Positions 8,704-18,457 of a DNA stretch of 64,000 nucleotides are shown in pieces. The notes beneath the pieces are model-generated. The model was not told where the DNA came from, searched no databases, and worked only from the letters and a program-made list of their open reading frames with translations. How positions within the stretch are numbered: the stretch's first letter is position 1; each line of letters begins with the position of its first letter. The stretch covers positions 248,294 through 312,293 of the forward strand of contig CAZJXP010000001.1 of assembly GCA_964550175.1 (NCBI GenBank), given 5' to 3'. Origin of the DNA: an uncultured Methanosarcinales archaeon. Its GTDB lineage: Archaea > Nanobdellota > Nanobdellia > Woesearchaeales > ARS49. A program made the translations under genes and the position numbers.

Positions 8704-9251
8704 GCGACCTCTGCGACGTCATTGATTTGGCCTTTTACAACATAGCCGTTGATGACATTGGCCATCAGTCCGGTCTTTATGCCGTCGATTTCTTTCTTGC
8801 TTTTGAAGACGTGCAGCTCGATTCTTTTCTTGAGCTTACGCTCGAATTCGCGCTTGTCGAAACCAGAACTGTCGCCGAAAATAAAAACGTCAACATCAGA
8901 CTCTTTGTACCAGTCGCCTTTCACCATGCTGCCGAACAATATGACGGTTTTCGCGGACTTTAACGACAATAACTTCGGGATGAGCCCGCTGTTGTGCAGC
9001 TGCTCCAAAGCGTAGACTCTCTTAAGTGATTGATAATAGGGATTGTTCGCGCCAGCGGTGTAATGCGGAAATCTGCCCTTTACTTTCACGTAGATGAGCG
9101 CGCCTTCGTCGACGCACTTGTTTAGCCACTTGATTGCGACCGCTTTCGTTACCTTCGCTTCTTTGATTATCTCCTTGAGATGCCATTCCTTCAGCGGGCT
9201 GTTTTCGAGGATTAATTTCACCACTGATGATTCCTTACTTGGACTCGCCAT
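8700..9251 (-). CDS. minimal nucleotidyltransferase (MNT) with N-terminal wHTH
   Basis: Pol-beta-type NTase motif GSMVKGDWYKESDVDVFIF. Confidence 0.8.
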   Translation of the reverse strand: MASPSKESSVVKLILENSPLKEWHLKEIIKEAKVTKAVAIKWLNKCVDEGALIYVKVKGRFPHYTAGANNPYYQSLKRVYALEQLHNSGLIPKLLSLKSAKTVILFGSMVKGDWYKESDVDVFIFGDSSGFDKREFERKLKKRIELHVFKSKKEIDGIKTGLMANVINGYVVKGQINDVAEVA

Positions 9252-9463
9252 AATTGGTATGACTGAGATAGACTATTTAAAGGTTGCCCTTGTAATGGTC
9301 GATCACGATATTTGATGTGAATATATAACCACACAAACTAGAACCGCAAATCTTCCGCTTTTTCCGGAAAGTTTTCGGTTTTTCTCGAGCAAACGTTATG
9401 AATTCTGTTTGGTTATGTTTGTTCATGAGCGAAACTTTAATAAGTAAGCCCTGCCTTACCGAA

Positions 9464-9718
9464 GGCATGGAGCTCGTGCATATGTCAAGCAAAGGCCAGA
9501 TAGTGATTCCGCTGCAGGTGCGCAAGCACCTGAAGCTCACGCGCGGATCACGGCTCGTGCTGGTGGAACAGAAAGGGATGGTCGTTCTCCGAAAGGAAGA
9601 CGACGACACTATCCTGACGCCGGCTGACAAAAGAGCGATTGACCGTGCACGTCGAGACATTCGAGAAGGAAAAGGTATCACTCTCGACCAACTCGAAAAA
9701 GAACTCGGCTATCGATGA
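9464..9718 (+). CDS. AbrB/SpoVT-MazE family antitoxin
   Basis: SSKGQIVIPLQVRKHLKL is a swapped-hairpin AbrB fold signature. A TATA-like ctttaataag lies about 25 nt upstream. An alternative start is at 9482. Confidence 0.65.
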   Translation, partial: GMELVHMSSKGQIVIPLQVRKHLKLTRGSRLVLVEQKGMVVLRKEDDDTILTPADKRAIDRARRDIREGKGITLDQLEKELGYR

Positions 9719-9966
9719 CCATAAGCATTCTGCCGGCAGCAGAAAAGTTTCTCCGCAAATGCGAAAAAGAGCTATTTCTTCGCCTACGCGAACGCATTTA
9801 TTCCCTTGAACATAATCCGTTTCCTCCTGATTGCGAACGCCTAAAAAGCAAAGAAAAAATCTTCAAGGTACGCGTTGGCGACTACAGGATATTCTATGAC
9901 TACTTCTCTGAAACACTCATCATCTTGAGAATCAGAAAACGGGATAATGCCTACTTGAATGACTAA
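9715..9966 (+). CDS. relE: RelE/ParE-family toxin
   Basis: 83 aa. KVRVGDYRIFYDY...LIILRIRKRDNAY matches the RelE/StbE core. ATGA overlap with the antitoxin. Confidence 0.75.
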   Translation: MTISILPAAEKFLRKCEKELFLRLRERIYSLEHNPFPPDCERLKSKEKIFKVRVGDYRIFYDYFSETLIILRIRKRDNAYLND

Positions 9967-12311
9967 CGCTTGTTCGCAAAGACAAATTGGTAGTCCTTGC
10001 CTTCTAACAACGTTATGAGCGCGTTCTCGTACGGGAAGAACGTGTAGGTCGCGGATGGTAATGAATCTAAGTTTATTCTTTCCTCGTTCTGGATTTGGCT
10101 TATTACCGTGGCGTTTGTGGCTTCTAAGAAGTTCAATACTGGCTTTCCTGTGGCTACGAAATCCTTGAACTCCCAACGGTTCGTTCCCTTGTTGACGAAG
10201 AACCTGTACTCCATCATGAACGTGGTTTGGTCCTTGCCGAGAATTGCTTTTACTGTTGGACTGCCGACGTTTTCAACTGTAACACCGGTAAACGCCTTGA
10301 AATTGTCGATGCACTTGATTGTTCTGGCTTTCGTATCCTCTCCTACGTCTAATTCTATTCTTTCTAATGGTAATTGGTTGTCAACCCCTTGGAGGTAGTC
10401 GAAGGCGGTTGTTGGCGTGGTTTGGAACGGGGTTTGCAAGGCGAGATGACCTCCTTGGAGGCCTAATACTTTCAAGGTGTCTTCGCCCGCGAGTTTAAGA
10501 CAGTTGTTGACGTACTCTTGCACGGTTGATTCTGATTTTACTACAATATGGTCTGGGACTGTGATGAAAAGCAATAACATGGCTACGGCTAAGATTACGA
10601 CGCCTAAGAGCATGAAGATGGTTAATTGGCCGCGGGATGAGCGTTTACTTTTTTTACCACTGCTGACCCCGGCAGATTTTGAGTTAGTGGCTCGATTGAG
10701 CTTTGAATGATGGCCTAAACGCGTCCAATCTTGGCGGTAAAAAGTCTTGCCGGGGCGCGACATGGCAACTCCGGCTAATATCACCGCGAACGAAGCGAAC
10801 AGCAACGCGTGAACTGAAGTGAGATGCTTGATTAATTCTGCAATCTTACTGTGTCCTGCGGGGTAGACGGTCAAGACAACCCCATTCCTCTGGTAATCAA
10901 CCGTGTTGTCGTCCACTTTCATGACCGAAGGGCTGTACGCGGTGCGGTAAGACTTGATCCAGGACTGCGTGAGCTTTTCTTTGGTTATCTTGTCGTTGAT
11001 GGTGAGCAAGCGTTCGGTTGACGTTCCATGCTGGATGGCCTCTTCGATGGTTATGTAGTTGCTGACGACCGTCTTGTACGGAGGGGCGTCGTTCAGGATC
11101 AAGACGTCGTTGATGAACGCGTTGTCCTTGTCGAACGTCAGGATGGCTTTCGCGTCCTTGTTGCCCGTTGTGAAGAACGTGACCAATCCTTCCGACTTGC
11201 CGTCCTTCTTTATTTGTGGCTTGTTGAGGTCGACGATTCCCCTGATTTCCAACGCGTGGTTCGGAAGGTCGAAGATCGAGCAGGACTTGCAGGACTTCAC
11301 TTCAGGCGGGAACGCGTCGGAGTCGGACTTTCTCAGGAAGATATCGTGATTGTCCTGCCAGGCACGGATGCTGAAGTCTTTAGTTGCGTCCTTCGCATCA
11401 TAGGTGTACAACGTGACGGGCTCCATATGGATGTGCTGCATCCCGTCAGTTCTTGAGACTTCGACCTTTGCGGAATTGTTAGATTCTACTGTTTCCGTTA
11501 TTCCGTTCTTTTCCAATTCGATTTGGACATCTATTAGGTCTAATACGGTTGTTGTGGTGCTCTTTGAAATGACTAAAGAGGAATCATCTGAGAGAGACTT
11601 GAAATCGTACTGGTTCGTCGAACAGTCCTTGATCTTGAATTCGGAATCCTTATCCGCGTCGATGGTCACGTCGGTTTTAGCCGTAATCTTCGCGTTTTCA
11701 ACATCTTCCATGTAAACGCAGCTCGCCCAGACGGAATCTGCTTTCTTTACGTCAATCGTCTTGTCGCAATAATTGACTTTATCGAGCTTAGTTGCGATAG
11801 TGTCGGTTTCTACGAGAGAATCGGCTGTGTCGGCGGTTAAACAACCATTTTCGTATTTTACATTCTTGCCGTTGGTGATGACTATGGGGCCTTGCTGGAG
11901 GGAACCGACGGAAGCGATTGAGTAGCCGCCGCCTTGGACAGAAACGCCCGTTACATCAGCAGCCTTGCCAGAACCTTTCGGAGTATCCATACTTTTTGCG
12001 TATGTTAAATGACCACTTGCATCAACTTTCCCGCCAACAACATGCGTGAAAACATTACCATCAGCATCCGTAAATTTGTCCGTATCAACATTATAGGATC
12101 CATCAGGATTTTTGGTTGCCGTACCACCTTCATAAGTGGCGCCATTGGCATCTTTAGCCATTGTGTCAGGAGTAATATCTTGTTTCACACCAGCATCGCC
12201 ACCTCCACCCGGACCATCACTTGGAGGAGGAGTTGTTCCATCAGCGATTACTGCGACTGAAAGTAAAAGTAGAACAACAAGTAGTATAGGGATAACACCT
12301 CTTTTACTCAT
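9963..12311 (-). CDS. large secreted surface protein, with signal peptide and internal hydrophobic anchors; an interspersed repeat lies in frame at 10643-10746
   Basis: N-terminal signal MSKRGVIPILLVVLLLLSVAVIADG. A TM segment plus basic tail (LLFASFAVILAGVAMSRPGK) is typical of an archaeal C-terminal anchor. It is followed by repeat-encoded sequence and then a second TM segment. The 782-aa ORF may really be two genes, roughly 10750..12311 and 9963..10640. Confidence 0.55.
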   Translation of the reverse strand: MSKRGVIPILLVVLLLLSVAVIADGTTPPPSDGPGGGGDAGVKQDITPDTMAKDANGATYEGGTATKNPDGSYNVDTDKFTDADGNVFTHVVGGKVDASGHLTYAKSMDTPKGSGKAADVTGVSVQGGGYSIASVGSLQQGPIVITNGKNVKYENGCLTADTADSLVETDTIATKLDKVNYCDKTIDVKKADSVWASCVYMEDVENAKITAKTDVTIDADKDSEFKIKDCSTNQYDFKSLSDDSSLVISKSTTTTVLDLIDVQIELEKNGITETVESNNSAKVEVSRTDGMQHIHMEPVTLYTYDAKDATKDFSIRAWQDNHDIFLRKSDSDAFPPEVKSCKSCSIFDLPNHALEIRGIVDLNKPQIKKDGKSEGLVTFFTTGNKDAKAILTFDKDNAFINDVLILNDAPPYKTVVSNYITIEEAIQHGTSTERLLTINDKITKEKLTQSWIKSYRTAYSPSVMKVDDNTVDYQRNGVVLTVYPAGHSKIAELIKHLTSVHALLFASFAVILAGVAMSRPGKTFYRQDWTRLGHHSKLNRATNSKSAGVSSGKKSKRSSRGQLTIFMLLGVVILAVAMLLLFITVPDHIVVKSESTVQEYVNNCLKLAGEDTLKVLGLQGGHLALQTPFQTTPTTAFDYLQGVDNQLPLERIELDVGEDTKARTIKCIDNFKAFTGVTVENVGSPTVKAILGKDQTTFMMEYRFFVNKGTNRWEFKDFVATGKPVLNFLEATNATVISQIQNEERINLDSLPSATYTFFPYENALITLLEGKDYQFVFANKR
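10643..10746. repeat. complete MITE-like repeat copy located in frame inside ORF 9963..12311
   Basis: TTTACTTTTTTTACCACTGCTGACCCCGGCAGATTTTGAG...CCAATCTTGGCGGTAAAAAGTC, with an internal hairpin GCTCgattGAGC. Confidence 0.6.
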
Positions 12312-12344
12312 AATTAAAGAAACAGACGAGACGTTATTTAAAGC

Positions 12345-13460
12345 TTACTTCTTCTCATACTCAACTTTGGACCATCGTTCTTTCTCAGTTCGTTTATTTT
12401 GTGAGCGCCAAACAAAGGAACCATTGGGTGCTGTGAGGTTCGTACTTGCCCAATATTTACAAATGTCACGCGCCCACGCTTTAACATATTTTGTTTCTTG
12501 AGGGGCACCTGCAAGAACGTCAAGAACCTTTATCTTACCATCATTTTTCTCAGGTGTTTCACCTTTTACGACATCATATTTAGCAACAATGAACAAGGAA
12601 GGTTCAGCAATAGAACCAAACTGTTTCATGACCTCCTTCAGATCATCTTTGACCGCAGTGTTCTCCGCATCATACACTTTAAGCGGCACACCCAAAACCT
12701 TACTCGCATACTTTGCAAGAATGGCAGAACGAATGGATAAAATTGTTGCATTATCTTTTCCATTAAAATCACACATTAATACAAGACTTTTATCATCTTT
12801 CAATTCAGCAATTTCTTTTGCAAATTCTCCTTTCCCGATATAAGACACTTTAGCATCACTAGCAAAATCTTTGTCATCAAAAACTTCTTTCGCGGTTTTG
12901 TATTTTGCTTCAAGTTTTTGGGCTAAATCATCGGTAAAATCATCGATATTCACTTCTTTAACATCTGCTTGTATTTTCGGGTCTTCTGCGTATACTCGTG
13001 GTGTGTTTAGTCCTGAGAATCCGAATGCGGTGGTTGTGAGTATGGCTGCGTAGGCGATGTTGTTACGTGCTTTGTGCCAGAATGATTTCTGTAAAGGCAC
13101 TTGTTCTGCGTTTTGTATTGCGTTGTCGATGCTCATGATGATTCTTGCCTTGTACGTTTCGTACTGTTTTGCCCGCTTTTGCCCTTTTTGGTCGGGCAAT
13201 CCTAATGACAAATGTTCTTTGAATAGTGTGATGTCTTGCCTGAACACGTCTAGCCAAACAACGGCTGTTTCTGCGTGTTTGCGAGCCGTTCCGGTGACGT
13301 TCTGTGTTACCGTGACTGCTGCAGTGCGCAACAGCTCAATCTCCTGCAAAACGGTTTGAGCGTCTTGCAAGGTCATGTTCGCAAACCGCAAATCTCGGCG
13401 GCGCGAACTTAATGTTTTGACTCCGTTGCTGACCGACTTGAGCTGGCGAAACACATCCAT
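12345..13460 (-). CDS. hypothetical membrane-associated protein
   Basis: 371 aa with one TM segment (IAYAAILTTTAFGFSGL) and no recognisable family. Confidence 0.5.
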   Translation of the reverse strand: MDVFRQLKSVSNGVKTLSSRRRDLRFANMTLQDAQTVLQEIELLRTAAVTVTQNVTGTARKHAETAVVWLDVFRQDITLFKEHLSLGLPDQKGQKRAKQYETYKARIIMSIDNAIQNAEQVPLQKSFWHKARNNIAYAAILTTTAFGFSGLNTPRVYAEDPKIQADVKEVNIDDFTDDLAQKLEAKYKTAKEVFDDKDFASDAKVSYIGKGEFAKEIAELKDDKSLVLMCDFNGKDNATILSIRSAILAKYASKVLGVPLKVYDAENTAVKDDLKEVMKQFGSIAEPSLFIVAKYDVVKGETPEKNDGKIKVLDVLAGAPQETKYVKAWARDICKYWASTNLTAPNGSFVWRSQNKRTEKERWSKVEYEKK

Positions 13461-13654
13461 GTCAAGATGGACGTATTACGACTATATAAAACAAATCAGT
13501 ATATAATTGTTATGACTGTTTTCGTCGATGATGGACATGAAAACAGCAGAATTCGCCTTTTTGCCCCTTATAAATGACCTTAAAATCTATATAAAATATA
13601 TAAATTATAAGGACAATTAATATATACTTCCTTTAGCTCTATCTTTACTACTTA
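13461..13654. promoter_or_regulatory. AT-rich divergent promoter region with several TATA-like boxes
   Basis: ctatataaaaca, ttataaatga and atatataaatta lie between divergently oriented genes. Confidence 0.4.
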
Positions 13655-14290
13655 ATGGTGGTGTTGAGGGAAGACAAAATGAGCTTAACGTCCATTGTTC
13701 AAAACACCATACGTAAAACAAGCCCGGTAATCGCCAGACGACTGTGCGACCGATCTCTCGCAAAGGCGCGTTCTTCTGCTAAGGAGTATGTTCGCCATAA
13801 AGATGAATTCCGGCTCTACCTCCAATTCTGTGAACGCGCCCAACCGTCAAGATATGATGACTGGCAAATGAATTACAATATCCGCAAATACCAAGAAACT
13901 GCACAAGACCTTGTCGAACGCACCAACCACAAATATGCCCGCGCAAGAGCGTGGGAAACACGCCAAGAGGTCGCGGAAGAACGCCTCGTCTTTTATACAG
14001 GCACGGCACACGTTCTCGCAAATTGCCCGGTCGAACGCCTCCTCCATTACCGCACGCTCGTTGAAGATGTGCGCAGTATCGCTCCCACTTCAACAGTGCT
14101 CGGCAAAGTAGACGAAAAAATCATTGGAGAAGGCACCTGCGACAAACACGACACGCAAGACCACATTACCATGTTCAAAACAGCAGGCTATGAAAAGGAA
14201 GCAAAAGCGCTCGCGGCGCTCTACGCAGAACAAATCATGCACGACCAACCACAACGCGCATGGGAATTCATGAAACAGACCATGGCTTAA
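13655..14290 (+). CDS. hypothetical protein
   Basis: 211-aa ORF with no recognised motifs. An alternative start is at 13679 (MSLTS). Confidence 0.5.
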   Translation: MVVLREDKMSLTSIVQNTIRKTSPVIARRLCDRSLAKARSSAKEYVRHKDEFRLYLQFCERAQPSRYDDWQMNYNIRKYQETAQDLVERTNHKYARARAWETRQEVAEERLVFYTGTAHVLANCPVERLLHYRTLVEDVRSIAPTSTVLGKVDEKIIGEGTCDKHDTQDHITMFKTAGYEKEAKALAALYAEQIMHDQPQRAWEFMKQTMA

Positions 14291-14337
14291 ATCTGAATAA
14301 CCACCACAATAAAACATAAAATCACGAGAGGATAAAT

Positions 14338-15297
14338 ATGAAAACAAGATTTCCGGGAATCTCAGCATTGGTGAGGTGTAAAGATGAAGGCGATTCGGTA
14401 TACGCAAGTTTATTTTCAATAAAAGATCTTGTTGATGAAGTTGTCTTTGTTGACAATGAATCGGTGGATAATAGCATTGCCGAAGCTGAAAGATTTAAGA
14501 ACGATCATTTCAAAGATAAAAACTTCATTATTCGCCCTTATGCACACAGTGTTGCAGGAGGCAATCATCTTGCGGACATGAATAATTTTGCCTTATCCTT
14601 GACTTCAACCGAGTGGGTTATGAAGTGGGATGTTGACACTATTGCGTACACTGCGGGAGAAAACTCCATCTTAAAGCTCAAAGAACGCGTATTCGCTAAC
14701 GGTTCTCCTGTGGACATTATAAGATACAGTTTTTTTAATCTCTGGGGTGATTATTTCCATTGCCTGCAAGCAAGATTCGGCGATCCTGAATATGGCCCGA
14801 CTGGTTGCGGATTGGAGTTGCAAGGTTGCGAAAAAAGACTGTATCGGTATGATGATGATATTCATTTTGAAATGGAACGTTATGCTGAACACTTTTGGGA
14901 AGCTATGCGAGTACCTCTTACCTATAAAGAAATGCAGTTAAGTATTGTGCCTGGCGTACACTTGCAGACGGTTAAACCTTCAAGCTTGGTCGGTCGTAGA
15001 TTTTTTCTTACGCGCTTTACACCAGGTGAGCGAGAAAAATATGGAAGTTTTACGAAATTTGTGCAACATGAGCTACGAGAAGCAAATTGTCCTTCTCTTG
15101 AGCTTTTCGGCAAAAAACTCATTATTGATGAAGTGAATGTACGTGGTACAAAGTTCAAACAGCCGCATCCTGATACAATGTACCAATTGGGTTTGATGAA
15201 AGAACTCCCATATGAACTCATTTTTGATGAAACTAACGTCTGCGTTGATAGAAAAGAACGAAATGCAGCACACGATTACTTGAGGGATGGAGAATGA
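14338..15297 (+). CDS. glycosyltransferase family 2-like (GT-A fold)
   Basis: N-terminal ISALVRCKDEGDSV...VVFVDNESVDNS fits the GT2 pattern (I..TYNE...VDDGSTD). AT-rich codon usage. Confidence 0.7.
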   Translation: MKTRFPGISALVRCKDEGDSVYASLFSIKDLVDEVVFVDNESVDNSIAEAERFKNDHFKDKNFIIRPYAHSVAGGNHLADMNNFALSLTSTEWVMKWDVDTIAYTAGENSILKLKERVFANGSPVDIIRYSFFNLWGDYFHCLQARFGDPEYGPTGCGLELQGCEKRLYRYDDDIHFEMERYAEHFWEAMRVPLTYKEMQLSIVPGVHLQTVKPSSLVGRRFFLTRFTPGEREKYGSFTKFVQHELREANCPSLELFGKKLIIDEVNVRGTKFKQPHPDTMYQLGLMKELPYELIFDETNVCVDRKERNAAHDYLRDGE

Positions 15298-16388
15298 ACT
15301 TATTATTTTGCCTTCATTCATTTAACATTAATGGAGTATTAAACCAGAATCTTTCATTAGCAAAACACATTCTGAAGAAACTGCCTGATGTGCGCATTAC
15401 GGTCATTGCACCAACAAAGAAAGAGGGGATGCTTGCATATCTCGCATTAGGAATTGATGCGAAAGCGATAAATCCTGCAACCGATAAGGATGGGTTCAAT
15501 ACTTTGGCAAATGGGTCACATGACGCTATTTTATTTGAGTCGTTATTTTCATTAAATTATTATGGTAGTTTATTGGCCGGCAATCAAAAAAAATCTGTAT
15601 TGCACATTCATGAAGAGTTGCCTCTCACCCATAAAAGCGACTTATGGAATGTTGATGCAAAATCAATAGATGATTATTTTTCAGAACTGGTCAATTCTAC
15701 AGTTATATTTTCGGGTCAAAAAAGTCAACTCCATTATTCAAAAAAGCTCTTGGAATACAAGATTCAATCGCATGTTATCAATAATGTGGTTGATGTTGAT
15801 AAGTTTAAAGCAATAAAAAGGAGGGACGATGGCGCATTTAATATTGTTCAAGTAGGGACAATCTATGAGCGCAAAGGAGCAATACAAACATTCGAAGCAT
15901 TCAACATATTATTGAAAAAATATTGCATTGAAAATGCAAACCTCGTCTTCGTAGGGGCACGTAAAGGAAAACCTGCCGAAGAAGATTATGTGCAGCAACT
16001 AGTCAAAAGAACAAAGCTGCTGCACTTGGAAGATCAGGTTAAAATAGAACCGGTAATTACTGAACCAAGCAAATATTACGAAAATGCTTCGGTTGTAACA
16101 CTTCATTCTCAATCAGAATCTTACCCCACAGTATTTCTTGAAGCATGTTATTTGGGAATTCCGTTTGTGGGAAGTGTTGTTGGATGTTCTCAAGAGATGG
16201 AACGCAAATACGGAAACGCACTATTATTTCCCATTGGGGATATTGAAAAACATGCACAATGTTTGCACCAAATTTACGAATCTCAATTTCCTGAAAAGAA
16301 AATGACCCGGGAACAGTTAGAAGTACATTTTGAAAATAATCACGATAAAATGATAACTCGGTTGCTCTTGAAAAATGGAAACTCTTGA
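15294..16388 (+). CDS. glycosyltransferase family 4 (GT-B fold)
   Basis: C-terminal ESYPTVFLEACYLGIPFVGS is the E-x7-E GT4 motif. Confidence 0.75.
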   Translation: MNLLFCLHSFNINGVLNQNLSLAKHILKKLPDVRITVIAPTKKEGMLAYLALGIDAKAINPATDKDGFNTLANGSHDAILFESLFSLNYYGSLLAGNQKKSVLHIHEELPLTHKSDLWNVDAKSIDDYFSELVNSTVIFSGQKSQLHYSKKLLEYKIQSHVINNVVDVDKFKAIKRRDDGAFNIVQVGTIYERKGAIQTFEAFNILLKKYCIENANLVFVGARKGKPAEEDYVQQLVKRTKLLHLEDQVKIEPVITEPSKYYENASVVTLHSQSESYPTVFLEACYLGIPFVGSVVGCSQEMERKYGNALLFPIGDIEKHAQCLHQIYESQFPEKKMTREQLEVHFENNHDKMITRLLLKNGNS

Positions 16389-17658
16389 AGAAAAAATAGA
16401 CTTGCGCATAGAGCAGGAAACAGAATTGGTATTCCAAGCGTATATTACGAATGACGTCATGACCGGCATGGCAAGAGACGAAGTGACTCAATTAGCAAAG
16501 AAGTCGAAGAATAGGGTTCTTGCTGATAGTGGTGTAATGATGCAAATCATGCAAGAAGCAGAAGAAGCATACATAAAATCTTTAGCAAATGTGAACGAAG
16601 AACTCGCTGAAGAATATGTCCGCATTAAAAAAAGTGCTTGTCCGATTGAAGCTAAAAAAACAATATTTTCTGAATGCAAAAAAACATTAGATGATGTCAT
16701 TTTCAAAAGAAAATTCATTGAAGCCAGAATTAGTCTGAATCTTGATCGTGACGCTCAGCACATTAAATCTTCGATTAAACAAGTACTGTTGCGTGATTAT
16801 AGGGACCTCGTGAGTGGTTTAACAAGGAGTTACGCATCGATGAACAGTGATGGTGAAGCAAACAAATTTATTGAGTTTTTACTTGATTTTAGTCAAGACA
16901 GCACGGGTATTTTATACGAACGTGAATTTAGACGAATCCTTGCTGACAAAATGAAACCGGCAGATATTTTGATTTACAAATGCTTGCGGTTCACCCATGA
17001 TGAAGGTCATCTTAATATCTGTCCTCATTTAGACGATTATCGCACTCAGGATATCAATGGAAAGCCAGTTATGTTTAAAGGAGCTTCAGACACGTATCAA
17101 CTCAAAAAAATATTGTATCTTGCCAAGCACCTGAAAAAATATTCCGGAAGTAAACAACCAATTCTGATTGTGGCTGATGGTGATATGTTTAAGTATGGCC
17201 CTGAAAAATATGCCGAGTTCAGCAGCAAAATACACGAGTATTTAGTAGAGATACGAGCTTATTGCCCCGCCTTAGATGTACGTTTAGAAACTGAATATTT
17301 CGACAACCAACAAGAATACAAAGAACTTGAAAAACGGGTTAAAAGTTCAATTCTACAGCACCAAAACGACTATATCGCGCCTGAAGAAACCCAAAGAATT
17401 ATTGAAGATTACGCGTCACGATTCCGTGCTATGCTTAAAGACTGGACGATTGAAAAAAATCAATATTACTCGGTTACGTCTATTTCCCGTAACATCGCTC
17501 AGGGAATGTTTTTATCCTATGAAAAACGTAAGGCAATTGTAGTTGTATTCAATAATCCTGATAGTACTGGCGCAAGATTTAATCTGAAAACGGAAGAGAA
17601 AGTGCCATTTATCGGGTATCCTAAGTTGTCATCCAAAGTGGTGAATAACAATGACTGA
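16375..17658 (+). CDS. hypothetical protein (427 aa) within the AT-rich glycosyltransferase island
   Basis: Long ORF with no family motif recognised by eye. Overlaps both neighbours. Confidence 0.55.
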   Translation: METLEEKIDLRIEQETELVFQAYITNDVMTGMARDEVTQLAKKSKNRVLADSGVMMQIMQEAEEAYIKSLANVNEELAEEYVRIKKSACPIEAKKTIFSECKKTLDDVIFKRKFIEARISLNLDRDAQHIKSSIKQVLLRDYRDLVSGLTRSYASMNSDGEANKFIEFLLDFSQDSTGILYEREFRRILADKMKPADILIYKCLRFTHDEGHLNICPHLDDYRTQDINGKPVMFKGASDTYQLKKILYLAKHLKKYSGSKQPILIVADGDMFKYGPEKYAEFSSKIHEYLVEIRAYCPALDVRLETEYFDNQQEYKELEKRVKSSILQHQNDYIAPEETQRIIEDYASRFRAMLKDWTIEKNQYYSVTSISRNIAQGMFLSYEKRKAIVVVFNNPDSTGARFNLKTEEKVPFIGYPKLSSKVVNNND

Positions 17659-18436
17659 TATTTCGCGTCACCATAATGATGTCAAAATCACGCAGAAGAG
17701 GGTCACTAAAAAGTTTACTGAAGAAAGTGGATTAGAACGAGAACTCGCGGCGGCAACACTCTTGGGTGATCAGATCCCCCTTGCGAGGATAGTGAGAATT
17801 GACCGGGCGAAAAACGCACTTATTTTTGAAAGATTTATGTACGAGTCAGGAATTGACAAGGACCCTTGTTTAAGATTATGTGAAATCGCTCGCATCTTAA
17901 AAAAGCTGCATTCTATTAGTTGTGCCAATAGTAATCTGGAAGATGCGCGTTTCCCGTTGCAAGATTTTGCTGGAACGCTTACAGCTCATGTCAGAAATAA
18001 ATATATTCATGGTCTTGCAAAATCAGGGTATTCCGTCCCCGCTGAGAATCTGCTTGACCTCGGATTAGCATTAACCCCGAAAAAATTTAGTTATGTTCAT
18101 AATGATGCGAAATGCCGACATTGTTTTTTTGATAAAAATAATCAGCTTAAAGGAATAATTGATTTTGAATACTTTGGTCTTTTTGATCCTCTTGTAGATA
18201 TAGGTAGCATTGCCGCCGATGTATTTGAATCTAATCCAAATGAGTTCAAAACGTATACACGCGCCTTTTTTGGTGAATATGGTCTTCAGGAACGGGACAA
18301 ACGTTCCGTCTTGTTTTACATGATTACGAGCAAACTCACTCAAGCGCTCAATATAGATTTGCCTTCGGGTAAAGAAAAAGACGCAAAAAAGGCACTCCAG
18401 TTAGTAAATACTTTCTCTCAAATGCAAAACCTTTAA
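17651..18436 (+). CDS. APH/choline-kinase-like phosphotransferase (small-molecule kinase fold)
   Basis: Catalytic loop VHNDAKCRHCFF and metal-binding IDFEYFG are the Brenner and DFG-like motifs of the APH family. Confidence 0.65.
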   Translation: MTDISRHHNDVKITQKRVTKKFTEESGLERELAAATLLGDQIPLARIVRIDRAKNALIFERFMYESGIDKDPCLRLCEIARILKKLHSISCANSNLEDARFPLQDFAGTLTAHVRNKYIHGLAKSGYSVPAENLLDLGLALTPKKFSYVHNDAKCRHCFFDKNNQLKGIIDFEYFGLFDPLVDIGSIAADVFESNPNEFKTYTRAFFGEYGLQERDKRSVLFYMITSKLTQALNIDLPSGKEKDAKKALQLVNTFSQMQNL

Positions 18437-18457
18437 TATATTCAAATACTTGAAATA

